Part shown: one piece after another, positions 12,901-27,900 of the stretch
Numbering within the stretch: position 1 is the first letter of the stretch
Layout: every line of letters starts with the position of its first letter
NCBI GenBank assembly: GCA_965203295.1
Contig: CBDBCZ010000015.1
Span: 928,001-992,000 of the forward strand
From: Nitrospirales bacterium
GTDB lineage: Bacteria; Nitrospirota; Nitrospiria; Nitrospirales; UBA8639
Length of the DNA: 64,000 nucleotides
Reading direction: 5' to 3'
Made by a program: the position numbers and the translations under genes
The notes under the pieces: generated by a model
What the model was told of the DNA's origin: nothing
Database searches by the model: none
Seen by the model: only the letters and a program-made list of their open reading frames with translations

Positions 12901-15900
12901 TTGATGTTAGTCTGAAAATTAGGAAAGAAGGATTTTAATGAAAATTATTAGTTTTGTTGGTCTCTAGCAAAGACTTTAAGCCAAAGTTACTAGCTACCTT
13001 TAATCTGACTCTTCCCAACTGTTTAGAAAAAGAGCTGGTAATTCAAAAGCTTGTTAGTTTGAATGATGTTAGTCTGAAGATTATAAAAGAAGGATTTTAT
13101 TGAAAATTGATAGTTTTATTGGTCTCTAGCAAAGACTTTAAGCCAAAGTAACTAGCTACCATACCATTTATCTGACCCTTCCGAACTGTTTAGAAAATGA
13201 ACTGGTTATTCAAAGGCCTGTTAAGTTTTGTTGACGTTAGCCTGAAGATTAGGAAAGAAGGATTTTATTGAAAATTGTTAGTTTTGTTGGTCTCTAGCAA
13301 AGACTTTAAGCCAAAGTCACTAGCTACCATTGATCTTACACTTCCCAACTGTTTTGGAAAAGAACTGGTTATTCAAAGGCTTATTTAGTTTGAATGATGT
13401 TAGTCATATACAATACATGCTTAGGAAGTATCGATGTTCTAGAAAGGAACTTGTTATTCAAAGGCTTGTTTAGTTTGGTTGATGTTAGTCTGAAGATTAG
13501 GAAAGAAGGATTTTATTGAAAATTGTTAGTTTTGTTCATCTCAGGCAAAGACTTTCAGCCAAAGTAAATGGCTACCATTGATCTGACCCTTCCCAACTGT
13601 TTAGGAAAAGAACCTGTTATTCAAAGGCTTTTTTATTTTGAATGATCTTAGTCAGATACAATACATGCTTAGGAAGTATCGATGTTCAAGAAAGGAACTG
13701 GTTATTCAAAGGCTTGTTTAGTTTGCTTGATGTTAGTCTGCAGATTAGGAAAGAAGTATTTTATAGAAAATCGTTAGTTTTGTTGGTCTCTAGCAAAGAC
13801 TTTAAGCCAAAGTAACTAGCTACCATCGATCTGACCCGTCCCAACAGTGTAGGAAAAGAATCTGTTATTCAAAGGCTTGTTTAGTTTAAATGATGTTAGT
13901 CGGATACAATACATGTTTAGGAAGTATCGATGTTAAAGAAAGGAACTGGTTATTCAAAGGCTTATTTAGTTTAGTTGATGTTAGTCTGAAGATTAGGAAA
14001 GGAGGATTTCATTGAAAATTGTTAGTTTTGTTGGTCTCAGGTAAAGACTTTCAGCCAAAGTATCTAGCTACCATTGATCTGACCCCTCCCAACTGTCTTG
14101 GAAAGGAACTGGTTTGTGATCCAATCATTTGTTTAGTTTAAATGATGTTTGTCAGATACAATACATACATGCTTATTAAGTAAGGGTTTTCACTAATAAT
14201 TGGTACAATTTTAGCTTTATTGGTCTCAGGAAACTTTCAGTCAAAACAACTAGCTACCATTGATCTAACCCTTCCCAACTGTCTAGGAAAGAAATTGTTT
14301 TAAGATTTTATAGCTTGTTTAGTTTGAATGATGTTAGTCGGATACAATACATGCTTAGGAAGTATCGATGTTCAAGACCGGAACTGGTTATTCAAAGGCT
14401 TGTTTAGTTTGGTTGATGTTAGTCTGAAGATTAGGAAAGAAGGATTTCATTGAAAATTGTTAGATTTGTTGGTCTCTGGCAAAGACTTTAAGCCAAAGTC
14501 ACTAGCTACCATTGATCTGACTCTTCCCAACTGTTTTAAAAAGAACTGGTTATTCAAAGGCTTGTTTAGTTTGATTGATGTTAGTCAGATACAATACACG
14601 CTTAGGAAGTATCGATGTTCAAGAAAGGAACTTGTTATTCAAGGGCTTGTATAGTTTCGTTGATGTTAGTCTGAAAATTAGGAAAGAAGGATTTTAATGA
14701 AAATTATTAGTTTTGTTGGTCTCTAGCAAAGACTTTAAGCCAAAGTTACTAGCTACCTTTAATCTGACTCTTCCCAACTGTTTAGAAAAAGAGCTGGTTA
14801 TTCAAAAGCTTGTTAGTTTGAATGATGTTAGTCTGAAGATTATAAAAGAAGGATTTTATTGAAAATTGATAGTTTTATTGGTCTCTAGCAAAGACTTTAA
14901 GCCAAAGTAACTAGCTACCATACCATTTATCTGACCCTTCCGAACTGTTTAGAAAATGAACTGGTTATTCAAAGGCCTGTTTAGTTTTGTTGACGTTAGC
15001 CTGAAGATTAGGAAAGAAGGATTTTATTGAAAATTGTTAGTTTTGTTAGTCTCTAGCAAAGACTTTAAGCCAAAGTCACTAGCTACCATTGATCTTACCC
15101 TTCCCAACTGTTTTGGAAAAGAACTGGTTATTCAAAGGCTTATTTAGTTTGAATGATGTTAGTCATATACAATACATGCTTAGGAAGTATCGATGTTCAA
15201 GAAAGGAACTTGTTATTCAAAGGCTTGTTTAGTTTGGTTGATGTTAGTCTGAAGATTAGGAAAGAAGGATTTTATTGAAAATTGTTAGTTTTGTTCTTCT
15301 CAGGCAAAGACTTTCAGCCAAAGTAAATGGCTACCATTGATCTGACCCTTCCCAACTGTTTAGGAAAAGAACCTGTTATTCAAAGGCTTGTTTATTTTGA
15401 ATGATCTTAGTCAGATACAATACATGCTTAGGAAGTATCGATGTTCAAGAAAGGAACTGGTTATTCAAAGGCTTGTTTAGTTTGCTTGATGTTAGTCTGC
15501 AGATTAGGAAAGAAGTATTTTATAGAAAATCGTTAGTTTTGTTGGTCTCTAGCAAAGACTTTGAGCCAAAGTAACTAGCTACGTACCATCGATCTGACCC
15601 TTCCCAACTGTTTAGGAAAAGAATCTGTTATTCAAAGGCTTGTTTAGTTTAAATGATGTTAGTCGGATACAATACATGCCTAGGAAGTATCGATGTTCAA
15701 GAAAGGAACTTGTTATTCAAAGGCTTGTTTAGATTGGTTGATGTTAGTCTGAAGATTAGGAAAGAAGGATTTATTTAAAATTGTTAGTTTTGTTGGTCTC
15801 TAGCAAAGACTTTAAGCCAAAGTAACTAGCTACCATTGATCTGACCCTTCCCAACTGTTTAGGAAAAGAACTGGTTATGCAAAGGCTTTTTTAGTTTTAA

Positions 15901-18900
15901 TGATGTTAGTCAGATACAATACATGCTTAGGAAGTATCGATGTTCAAGAAAGGAACTGGTTATTCAAAGGCAGGTTTAGTTTGGTTGAGGTTAGTCTGAA
16001 GATTAGGAAAGAAGGATTTCATTGAAAATTGTTAGATTTGTTGGTCTCTGGCAAAGACTCTAAGCCAAAGTCACTAACTACCATTGATCTGACTCTTCCC
16101 AACTGTTTAGAAAAAGAACTGGTTATTCAAAGGCTTGTTTAGTTTGAATGATGTTAGTCAGATACAATACACGCTTAGGAAGTATCGATGTTCAAGAAAG
16201 GAACTTGTTATTCAAGGGCTTTTTTTAGTTTCGTTGATGATAGTCTGAAGATTAGGAAAGAAGGATTTTAATGAAAATTATTAGTTTCGTTGGTCTCTAG
16301 CAAAGACTTTAAGCCAAAGTTACTAGCTACCTTTAATCTGACCCTTCCCAACTGTTTAGAAAAAGAGCTGGTTATTCAAAAGCTTGTTTAGTTTGAATGA
16401 TGTTAGTCTGAAGCTTAAAAAAGAAGGATTTTATATAAAATTGAAAGTTTTGTTGGTCTCTAGCAAAGACTTTAAGCCAAAGTAACTAGCTACCATTGAT
16501 CTGACCCTTCCCGACGGTTTAGGAAAAGAACCTGTTATTCAAAGGCTTGATTAGTTTTAATGATGTTAGTCGGATACAATACATGTTTAGGAAGTGTCGA
16601 TGTTCAAGAAAGGAACTTGTTATTCAAAGGCTTGTTTAGTTTGGTTGATGTTAGTCTGAAGATTAAGAAAGATGAATTTTATTGAAAATTGTTAGTTTTG
16701 TTGGTCTCAGGCAAAGACTTTCAGCAAAAGTAACTAGCTACCAGTGATCTGACCCTTCCGAACTGTTTAGGAAAAGAACTGGTTATTCAAAGGCTTGTTT
16801 AGTTTGAATGATGTTAGTCTGTAGATTAGGAAAGAAGGATTTTATTGAAAATTGTTAGTTTTGTTTGTCTCTAACAAAGACTTTAAGCCAAAGTAACTAG
16901 CTACCATTTATCTGACCCTTCCCAACTATTTAGAAAAAGAACTGGTTATTCAAAGGCCTGTTTAGTTTTGTTGACGTTAGCCTGAAGATTAGGAAAGAAG
17001 GATTTTATTGAAAATTTTTAGTTTCGTTGGTCTCTTGCAATGACTTTAATTAAGCCAAAGTTACTAGCTACCTTTAATCTGATCTTTCCGAACTATTCAG
17101 AAAAAGTGCAGGTTATTCAAAGGCTTGTTTTGTTTGAATGATATTAGTCAGATACAATACATGCTTAAGAAGTATCAATGTTCAAGAAAGGAACTGGTTA
17201 TTCAAAGGCTTGTTTAATTTGGTTGATGTTATTCTGAAGATTAGGAAAGAAGGATTTTATTGAAAATTGTTAGTTTTGTTTGTCTCAGGCTAAGACTTTC
17301 AGCCAAAGTAACTGGCTACCATTTATCTGACACTTCCCAACTATTTAGGAAAAGAACCTGTTATTCAAAGGCTTGTTTAGTTTGCTTGATGTTAGTCTGC
17401 AGATTAGGAAAGAAGTATTTTATAGAAAATCGTTAGTTTTGTTGGTCTCTAGCAAAGACTTTGAGCCAAAGTAACTAGCTACCATTGATCTGACCCTTCT
17501 CAACTGTTTATAAAAAGAACTGTTTATTCAAAGGCTTGTTTAGTTTGAATGATGTTAGTCGGATACAATACATGCTTAGGAAGTATCGATGTTCAAGACC
17601 GGAACTGGTTATTCAAAGGCTTGTTTAGTTTGGTTGATGTTTGTCTGAAGATTAGGAAAGAAGGATTTCATTGAAAATTGTTAGATTTGTTGGTCTCTGG
17701 CAAAGACTCTAAGCCAAAGTCACTAACTACCATTGATCTGACTCTTCCCAACTGTTTAGAAAAAGAACTGGTTATTCAAAGGCTTGTTTAGTTTAAATGA
17801 TGTTAGTCGGATACAATACACGCTTAGGAAGTATCGATGTTCAAGAAAGGAACTTGTTATTCAAGGGCTTGTTTAGTTTCGTTGATGATAGTCTGAAGAT
17901 TAGGAAAGAAGGATTTTAATGAAAATTATTAGTTTTATTGGTCTCTAGTAAAGACTTTAAGCCAAAGTTACTAGCTACCTTTAATCTGACCCTTCCCAAC
18001 TGTTTAGAAAAAGAGCTGGTTATTCAAAAGCTTGTTTTGTTTTAATGATGTTAATCGGAAGCTTAGAAAAGAAGGATTTTATTGAAAATTGATAGTTTTG
18101 TTGGTCTCTAGCAAAGACTTTAAGCCAAAGTAACTAGCTACCATTGATCTGACCCTTCCCAACGGTTTAGGAAAAGAACCTGTTATTCAAAGGCTTGATT
18201 AGTTTTAATGATGTTAGTCGGATACAATACATGTTTAGGAAGTGTCGATGTTCAAGAAAGGAACTGGTTATTCAAAGGCTTGTTTAGTTTGGTTGATGTT
18301 TGTCTGAAGATTAGGAAAGAAGAATTTTATTGAAAATTGTTAGTTTTGTTGGTCTCAGGCAGAGACTTTCAGCAAAAGTAACTAGTTACCATTGATCTGA
18401 CCCTTCCTAACTGTTTAGGAAAAGAACTGGTTATTCAAAGGCTTGTTTAGTTTGAATGATGTTAGTCTGAAGATTAGGAAAGAAGGATTTTATTCAAAAT
18501 TGTTAGTTTTGTTGATCTCAGGCAAAGACTTTCAGCAAAAGTAACTGGCTACCATTTATTTGACCCTTCCCAACTGTTTAGGAAAAGAACTGGTTATTCA
18601 AAGGCTTGATTAGTTTTATTTATGTTAGTCGGATACAATACAGGTTTAAAAAGTGTCGATGTTCAAGAAAGGAACTGGTTATTCAAAGGCTTGTTTAGTT
18701 TTGTTGATGTTAGTCTGAAGATTAGGAAAGCAGGTTTTTATTGAAAATTGTTAGTTTTGTTGGTCTCAGGCAAAGACTTTCAGCAAAAGTAACTAGCTAC
18801 CATTGAACTGACCCTTCCTAACTGTTTAGGAAAAGAACTGGTTATGCAAAGGCTTGTTTAGTTTGAATGATGTTAGTCAGATACAATACATGCTTAGGAA

Positions 18901-21900
18901 GTATCGATGTTCAAGAAAGGAACTGGTTATTCAAAGGCCGGTTTAGTTTGGTTGATGTTAGTCTGAAGATTAGTAAAGAAGAATTTTACTCAAAAATTGT
19001 TATTTTTTTGTCTCTGGCAAAGACTTTAAGCCAAAGTAACTAGCTACCATTGATCTGACCGTTCTCAACTGTTTAGGAAACGAACTGGTTATTGAAAGGC
19101 TAGTTTAGTTTGACTGATGTTAGTCAAATACAATACATCCTTAGGAAGTATCGATGTTCAAGAAAGGAACTGGTTATTCAAAGGCTTGTTTAGTTTGGTA
19201 TATGTTAGTCTGCAGATTAGGAAAGAGGTATTTTATAGAAAATCGTTAGTTTTGTTGGTCTCTAGAAAAGACTTTAAGCCAAAGTAACTAGCTACCATTG
19301 ATCTGACCCTTCCCAACTGTTTAGGAAAAGAGCTGGTTATTCAAAGGCTTGTTTAGTTTAAATGATGTTAGTCGGATTCAATACATGCTTAGGAAGTATC
19401 GATGTTCAAGAAAGGAACTGGTTATTCAAAGGCCGGTTTAGTTTATTGATGTTAGTCTGAAGATTAGGAAAGAAGAATTTTACTCAAAAATTGTTTTTTT
19501 TTTTGTCTCTGGCAAAGACTTTAAGCCAAAGTAACGAGCTACCATTTATCTGACCCTTCCCAACTGGTTAGGAAACGAACTGGTTATTCAAAGGCTAGTT
19601 TAGTTTGAAATGTTAATCAAATACTATACATCCTTAGGAAGTATCGATGTTCAAGAAAGGAACTGGTTATTCAAAGGCTTGTTTAGTTTGGTTGATGTTA
19701 GTCTGCAGATTAGGAAAGAAGGATTTTATTGAAAATTGTTAGTTTTTGTTGGTCACAGGCTAAGACTTTCATCCAAAGTAACTGGCTACCATTGATCTGA
19801 CACTTCCCAACTATTTAGGAAAAGAACCTGTTATTCAAAGGCTTGTTTAGTTTGCTTGATGTTAGTCTGCAGATTAGAAAAGAAGTATTTTATAGAAAAT
19901 CGTTAGTTTTGTTGGTCTCTAGCAAAGACTTTAAGCCAAAGTAACTAGCTACCATTGATCTGACCCTTCCCAACTGTTTAGGAAAAGAACTGGTTATTCA
20001 AAGGCTTGTTTAGTTTGAATGATGTTAGTCTAAAGATTAGGAAAGAAGGATTTTATTGAAAATTGTTAGTTTTGTTGGTCTCTAGCAAAGACTTTAAGCC
20101 AAAGTAACTAGCTACCATTTATCTGACCCTTCCTAACTGTTTAGAAAAAGAACTGGTTATTCAAAGGCCTGTTTAGTTTTGTTGATGTTAGCCTGAAGAT
20201 TAGGAAAGAAGGATTTTATTGAAAATTGTTAGTTTTGTTGGTCTCTAGCAAAGACTTTAAGCCAAAGTTACTAGCTACCATTGATCTGACCCTTCCGAAC
20301 TATTTAGAAAATGAGCTGGTTATTCAAAGGCTTGTTTTGTTTTAATGATATTAGTCAGATACAATACATGCTTAGGAAGTATCAATGTTCAAGAAAGGAG
20401 CTGGTTATTCAAAGCTTGTTTAGTTTGGTTGATGTTAGTCTGAAGATTAGGAAAGAAGGATTTTATTGAAAATTGTTAGTTTTTTTGTCTCTAGCAAAGA
20501 CTTTAAGCCAAAGTAACTTGCTACCATTTATCTGACCCTTCCCAACTGTTTAGAAAAAGAGCTGGTTATTCAAAGGCCTGTTTAGTTTTGTTGATGTTAG
20601 CCTGAAGATTAGGAAAGAAGTATTTTATAGAAAATCGTTAGTTTTGTTAGTCTCTAGCAAAGACTTTGAGCCTAAGTAACTAACTACCATTGATCTGACC
20701 CTTCCCAACTGTTTAGGAAAAGAACTGGTTATTCAAAGGCTTGTTTAGTTTAAATGATGTTAGTCGGATACAATACATGCTTAGGAAGTATCGATGTTCA
20801 TGAAAGGAACTGGTTATTCAAAGGCTTGTTTAGTTTGGTTGATGTTAGTCTACAGATTAGGATAGAAGGATTTTATTGAAAATTGTTAGTTTTGTTGGTC
20901 TCTAGCGGAGACTTTGAGCCAAAGACACTAGCTACCATTGATTAGGAAAGAAGGATTTTATTGAAAATTGTTAGTTTTGTTGGCCTCTAGCAAAGACTTT
21001 AAGCCAAAGTAACTAGCTACCATTGATCTGACCCTTCCCAACTGTTTAGGAAAAGAACTTGTTATTCAAAGGCTTGTTTAGTTTGAATGAAGTTAGTTTG
21101 AAGATTAGGAAAGAAGGATTTTATTAAAAATTGTTAGTTTTGTTGGTCTCTAGCAAAGACTTTAAGCCAAAGTAACAAGCTACATTTATCAGACCCTTCC
21201 GAACTGTTTAGAAAAAGAACTGGTTATTCAAAAGCCTGTTTAGTTTTGTTGATTTTAGCCTTAAGATTAGGAAAGAAGGATTTTATTGAAAATTGATAGT
21301 TTTGTATGTCTCTAGCAAAGACTTTAAGCCAAAGTCACTAGCTACCATTTATCTGACCCTTCCCAACTGTTTAGAAAAAGAGCTGGTTATTCAAAGGCTT
21401 GTTTAGTTTAAATGATGTTAGTCGGATACAATACACGCTTAGAAAGAAGGATTTTATTGAAAATTATTAGTTTTGTGTGTCTCTAGCAAAGACTTTAAGC
21501 CAAAGTAACTAGCTACCATTTATCTGACCCTTCCGAACATTTTAGAAAAAGAACTGGTTATTCAAAGGCCTGTTTAGTTTTTGTTGACGTTAGCCTGAAG
21601 ATTAGGAAAGAAGGATTTTATAGAAAATTGTTAGTTTTGTTGGTCTCAGGCAAAGACTTTCAGCCAAAGTAACTGGCTACCATCGATCTGACCCTTCCCA
21701 ACTGTTTAGGAAAATAACTGGTTATTCAAAAGCTTATTTAGTTTGAATGATGTTAGTCATATACAATACACGCTTAGGAAGTATCGATGTTCAAGAAAGG
21801 AACTTGTTATTCAAAGGCTTGTTTAGTTTGGTTGATGTTAGTCTGAAGATTAGGAAAGAAGGATTTTATTTAAAATTGTTAGTTTTGTTGATCTCAGGCA

Positions 21901-24900
21901 AAGACTTTCAGCCAAAGTAAATGGCTACCATTGATCTGACCCTTCCCAACTGTATAGGAAAAGAACCTGTTATTCAAAGGCTTGTTTAGTTTGAATGATG
22001 TTAGTCAGATGCAATACATGCTTAGGAAGTATCGATGTTCAAGAAAGGAACTGGTTGTTCAAAGGCTTGTTTAGTTTGGTTGATGTTAGTCTGCAGATTA
22101 GGAAAGAAGTATTTTATAGAAAATCGTTAGTTTTGTCGGTCTCTAGCAATGACTTTTAGCCAAAGTAACTAGCTACCATTGATCTGAACCTTCCCAACTT
22201 TTTAGGAAAAGAACTGGTTATTCAAAGGCTTGTTTAGTTTAAATGATGTTAGTCGGATACAATACACGCTTAGGAAGTATCGATGTTCAAGAAAGGAACT
22301 GGTTTTTCAAAGGCTTGTTTAGTTTGGTTGATGTTAGTCTGCAGATTAGGAAAGAAGTATTTTATTGAAAATTGTTAGTTTTGTTGGTCTCTAGCATAGA
22401 CTTTAAGCCAAAGTAACTAGCTACCATTTATCTGACCCTTCCTAACTGTTTAGAAAAAGAACTGGTTTTTCAAAGGCCTGTTTAGTTTTGTTGACGTTAG
22501 CCTGAAGATTAGGAAAGAAGGATTTTATTGAAAATTGTTAGTTTTGTTGGTATCTAGCAAAGACTTTAAGCCAAAGTAACTAGCTACCATTGATCTGACC
22601 CTTCCCAACTCTTTAGGAAAGAACTTGTTATTCAAAGGCTTGTTTAGTTTGGTTGATGTTAGTCTGAAGATTAGGAAAGAAGGATTTTTTTGAAAATCGT
22701 TAGTTTTGTTAGTCTCTAGCAAAGACTTAGAGCCAAAGTAACTAGCTACCATTGATCACACCCTTCCCAACTGTTTAGGAAAAGAACTGGTTATTCAAAG
22801 GCTTGTTTAGTTTAAATGATGTTAGTCGTATACAATACATGCTTAGGAAATATCGATGTTCAAGAAAGGAACTGGTTATTCAAAGGCTTGTTTAGTTTGG
22901 TTGATGTTAGTCTGCAGATTAGGAAAGAAGTATTTTATAAAAAATCATTAGTTTTGTTAGTCTCTAGCAAAGACTTTGAGCCAAAGTAACTAGCTACCAT
23001 TGATCTGTCCCTTCCCAACTGTTTAGGAAAAGAACTGGTTATTCAAAAACTTATTTAGTTTGAATGATGTTAGTCATATACAATACACGCTTAGGAAGTA
23101 TCGATGTTCAAGAAAGGAACTTGTTATTCAAGGGCTTGTTTAGTTTGGTTGATGTTAGTCTGAAGATTAGGAAAGAAGGATTTTATTTAAAATTGTTAGT
23201 TTTGTTGATCTCAGGCAAAGACTTTCAGCCAAAGTAACTAGCTACCATTGATCTGACCCTTCCCAACTGTTTAGGAAAAGAATCTGTTATTTAAAGGCTT
23301 GTTTAGTTTGAATGATGTTAGTCAGATACAATACATGCTTAGGAAGTATCGTTGTTCAAGAAAAGAACTGGTTATTGAAAGGCTTGATTAGTTTTAATGA
23401 TGTTAGTCGGATACAATACGTGTTTAGGAAGTGTCGATGTTCAAGAAAGGAACTGGTTATTCAAAGGCTTGTTTAGTTTGGTTGATGTTAGTCTGAAGAT
23501 TAGGAAAGAAGGATTTTATTGAAAATTGTTAGTTTTGTTGGTCTCTAACAAAGACTTTAAGCCAAAGTAACTAGCTACCATTTATCTGACCCTTCCCAAC
23601 TGTTTAGAAAAAGAACTGGTTATTCAAAGGCTTGTTTAGTTTGAATGATGTTAGTCTGAAGATTAGGGAAGAAGGATTTTATTGAAAATTGTTAGTTTTG
23701 TTGGTCTCTAGCAAAGACTTTAAGCCAAAGTAACTAGCTACCATTTTTCTTATCCTTCCTAACTGTTTAGAAAAGATCTGGTTATTGAAAGGCCTGTTTA
23801 GTTTTGTTGATGTTAGCCTGAAGATTAGGAAAGAAGGATTTTATTGATAATTGTTAGTTTTGTAGGTCTCTTGCAAAGACTTTCAGCTAAAGTAACTAGC
23901 TACCATTGATCTGAATCTTCCCAACTGTTTAGGAAAAGAACTGGTTATTCAAAGGCTTGTTTAGTTTGAATGATGTTAGTCTGAAGATTAGGAAAGAAGA
24001 ATTTTATAGAAAATCGTTAGTTTTGTTGGTCTCTAGCAAAGACTTTAAGCCAAAGTAACTAGCTACCATTGATCTGACCCTTCCCAACTGTTTAGGAAAA
24101 GAACTGGTTATTCAAAGGCTTGTTTAGTTTGAATGATGTTAGTCTGAAGATTAGGAAAGAAGGATTTTATTGAAAATTGTTAGTTTTATTGGTCTCTAGC
24201 AAAGACTTTAAGCCAAAGTAACTAGCTACCATTTATCTGACCATGCTTAGGAAGTATCGATGTTCAAGAAAGGAACTGGTTATTCAAAGGCTTTTTTAGT
24301 TTGGTTGATATTAGTCTGCAGATTAGGAAAGAAGGATTTTATTTAAAATTGTTAGTTTTTTTGTCTCTAGCAAAGACTTTAAGCCAAAGTAACTTGCTAC
24401 CATTTATCTGACCCATCCCAACTGTTTAGAAAAAGAGCTGGTTATTCAAAGGCCTGTTTAGTTTTGTTGATGTTAGCCTGAAGATTAGGAAAGAAGTATT
24501 TTATAGAAAATCGTTAGTTTTGTTAGTCTCTAGCAAAGACTTTGAGCCTAAGTAACTAACTACCATTGATCTGACCCTTCCCAACTGTTTAGGAAAAGTA
24601 CTGGTTATTCAAAGGCTTGTTTAGTTTAAATGATGTTAGTCGGATACAATACATGCTTAGGAAGTATTGATGTTCAAGAAAGGAACTGGTTATTCAAAGG
24701 CTTGTTTAGTTTGGTTGATTTTAGTCTGAAGATTAGGAAAGAAGGATTTTATTGAAAATTGTTAGTTTTGTTGGCCTCTAGCAAAGACTTTAAGCCAAAG
24801 TAACTAGCTACCATTGATCTGACCCTTCCCAACTGTTTAGGAAAAGAACTTGTTATTCAAAGGCTTGTTTAGTTTTAATGAAGTTAGTCTGTTGATTAGG

Positions 24901-27900
24901 AAAGAAGGATTTTATTGAAAATTGTTAGTTTTGTTGGTCTCTAGCAAAGACTTTAAGCCAAAGTCACTAGCTACCATTTATCTGACCCTTCCCAACTGTT
25001 TAGAAAAAGAGCTGGTTATTCAAAGGCTAGTTTAGTTTGAATGATGTTAGTCAAATACAATAATCCTTAGGAAGTATCGATGTTCAAGAAAGGAACTGGT
25101 TATTCAAAGTCTTGTTTAGTTTGCTTGATGATAGTCTGCAGATTAGAAAAGAAGTATTTTATAGAAAATCGTTAGTTTTGTTGGTCTCTAGCAAAGACTT
25201 TGAGCCAAAGTAACTAGCTACCATTGATCTGACCCTTACCAACTGTTTAGGAAAAGAACTGGTTATTCAAAGGCTTGTTTAGTTTAAATGATGTTAGTCG
25301 TATACAATACATGCTTAGGAAATATCGATGTTCAAGAAAGGAACTGGTTATTCAAAGGCTTGTTTAGTTTGGTTGATGTTAGTCTGCAGATTAGGAAAGA
25401 AGGATTTTATTGAAAATTGTTAGTTTTGTTGGTTTCTAGCAAAGACTTTAAGCCAAAGTAACTAGCTACCATTGATCTGACCCTTCCCAACTGTTTAGGA
25501 AAAGAACTTGTTATTCAAAGGCTTGTTTAGTTTGAATGATGTTAGTCAGAAGATTAGGAAAGAAGGATTTTATTGAATATTGATAGTTTTGTTGGTCTCT
25601 AGCAAAGACTTTAAGCCAAAGTAACTAGCTAACATTTATATGACCATGCTAAGGAAGTATCAATGTTCAAGAAAGGAACTGGTTATTCAAAGGCTTATTT
25701 AGTTTGGTTGATATTAGTCTGCAGATTAGGAAAGAAGGATTTTATTGATAATTGTTAGTTTTGTTGGTCTCTAGCAAAGACTTTAAGCCAAAGTAACTAG
25801 CTACCATTGATCTGACCCTTCCCAACTATTTAGGAAAAGAACTGGTTATTCAAAGGCTTGTTTAGTTTAAATGATGTTAGTCAAATACAATAATCCTTAG
25901 GAAGTATCGATGTTCAAGAAAGGAACTGGTTATTCAAAGTCTTGTTTAGTTTGCTTGATGTTAGTCTGCAGATTAGAAAAGAAGTATTTTATAGAAAATC
26001 GTTAGTTTTGTTGGTCTCTAGCAAAGACTTTGAGCCAAAGTAACTAGCTACCATTGATCTGACCCTTACCAACTGTTTAGGAAAAGAACTGGTTATTCAA
26101 AGGCTTGTTTAGTTTAAATGATGTTAGTCGTATACAATACATGCTTAGGAAATATCGATGTTCAAGAAAGGAACTGGTTATTCAAAGGCTTGTTTAGTTT
26201 GGTTGATGTTAGTCTGCAGATTAGGAAAGAAGGATTTTATTGAAAATTGTTAGTTTTGTTGGTTTCTAGCAAAGACTTTAAGCCAAAGTAACTAGCTACC
26301 ATTGATCTGACCCTTCCCAACTGTTTAGGAAAAGAACTAGTTATTCAAAGGCTTGTTTAGTTTGAATGATGTTAGTCAGAAGATTAGGAAAGAAGGATTT
26401 TATTGAATATTGATAGTTTTGTTGGTCTCTAGCAAAGACTTTAAGCCAAAGTAACTAGCTAACATTTATATGACCATGCTAAGGAAGTATCAATGTTCAA
26501 GAAAGAAACTGGTTATTCAAAGGCTTGTTTAGTTTGGTTGATATTAGTCTGCAGATTAGGAAAGAAGGATTTTATTGATAATTGTTAGTTTTGTTGGTCT
26601 CTAGCAAAGACTTTAAGCCAAAGTAACTAGCTACCATTGATCTGACCCTTCCCAACTATTTAGGAAAAGAACTGGTTATTCAAAGGCTTGTTTAGTTTAA
26701 ATGATGTTAGTCGGATACAATACATGCTTAGGAAGTATCGACGTTCAAGAAAGGAACTGGTTATTCAAAGGCTTGTTTATTTTGGTTGATGTTAGTCTGA
26801 AGATTAGGAAAGAAGGATTTTATTGAAAATTGTTAGTTTTGTTGGTCTCAGGCAAAGACTTTCAGCCAAGGTAACTGGCTACCATTGATCTGACCCTTCC
26901 TAACTGTTTAGGAAAAGAACCTGTTATTCAAAGGCTTGTTTAGTTTGAATGATGTTAGTCAAATACAATAATCCTTAGGAAGTATCGATGTTCAAGAAAG
27001 GAACTGGTTATTCAAAGGCTTGTTTAGTTTGCTTGATGTTAGTCTGCAGATTAGGAAAGAAGTATTTTATAGAAAATCGTTAGTTTTGTTGGTCTCTAGC
27101 AAAGACTTTGAGCCTAAGTAACTAACTACCATTGATCTGACCCTTCCCAACTGTTTAGGAAAAGAACTGGCTATTCAAAGGCTTGTTTAGTTTAAATGAT
27201 GATACAATACATGCTTAGGAAGTATCGATGTTCAAGAAAGGAACTGGTTATTCAAAGGCTTGTTTAGTTTGGTTGATGTTAGTCTGACGATTAGGAAAGA
27301 AGGATTTTATTGAAAATTGTTAGTTTTGTTGGTCTCAGGCAAAGACTTTCAGCCAAAGTAACTGGCTACCATTGATCTGACCCTTCCTAACTGTTTAGGA
27401 AAGAACCTGTTATTCAAAGGCTTGTTTAGTTTGAATGATGTTAGTCAAATGCAAAACATGCTTAGGAAGTATCGATGTTCAAGAAAGGAACTGGTTATTC
27501 AAAGGCTTGTTTAGTTTGGTTGATGTTAGTCTGCAGATTAGGAAGGAAGGATTTTATTGAAAATTGTTAGGTTTGTTGGTCTCTAGCAAAGACTTTCAGC
27601 CAAAGTAACTAGCTACCATTGATCTGACCCTTCCCAACTGTTTAGGAAAAGAACTTGTTATTCAAAGGCTTGTTTAGTTTTAATGAAGTTAGTCTGTTGA
27701 TTAGGAAAAAAGGATTTTATTGAAAATTGTTAGTTTTGTTGGTCTCTAGCAAAGACTTTAAGCCAAAGTAACAAGCTACATTTATCAAACCCTTCCGAAC
27801 TGTTTAGAAAAAGAACTGGTTATTCAAAGGCCTGTTTAGTTTTGTTGATTTTAGCCTTAAGATTAGGAAAGAAGGATTTTATTGAAAATTGTTAGTTTTG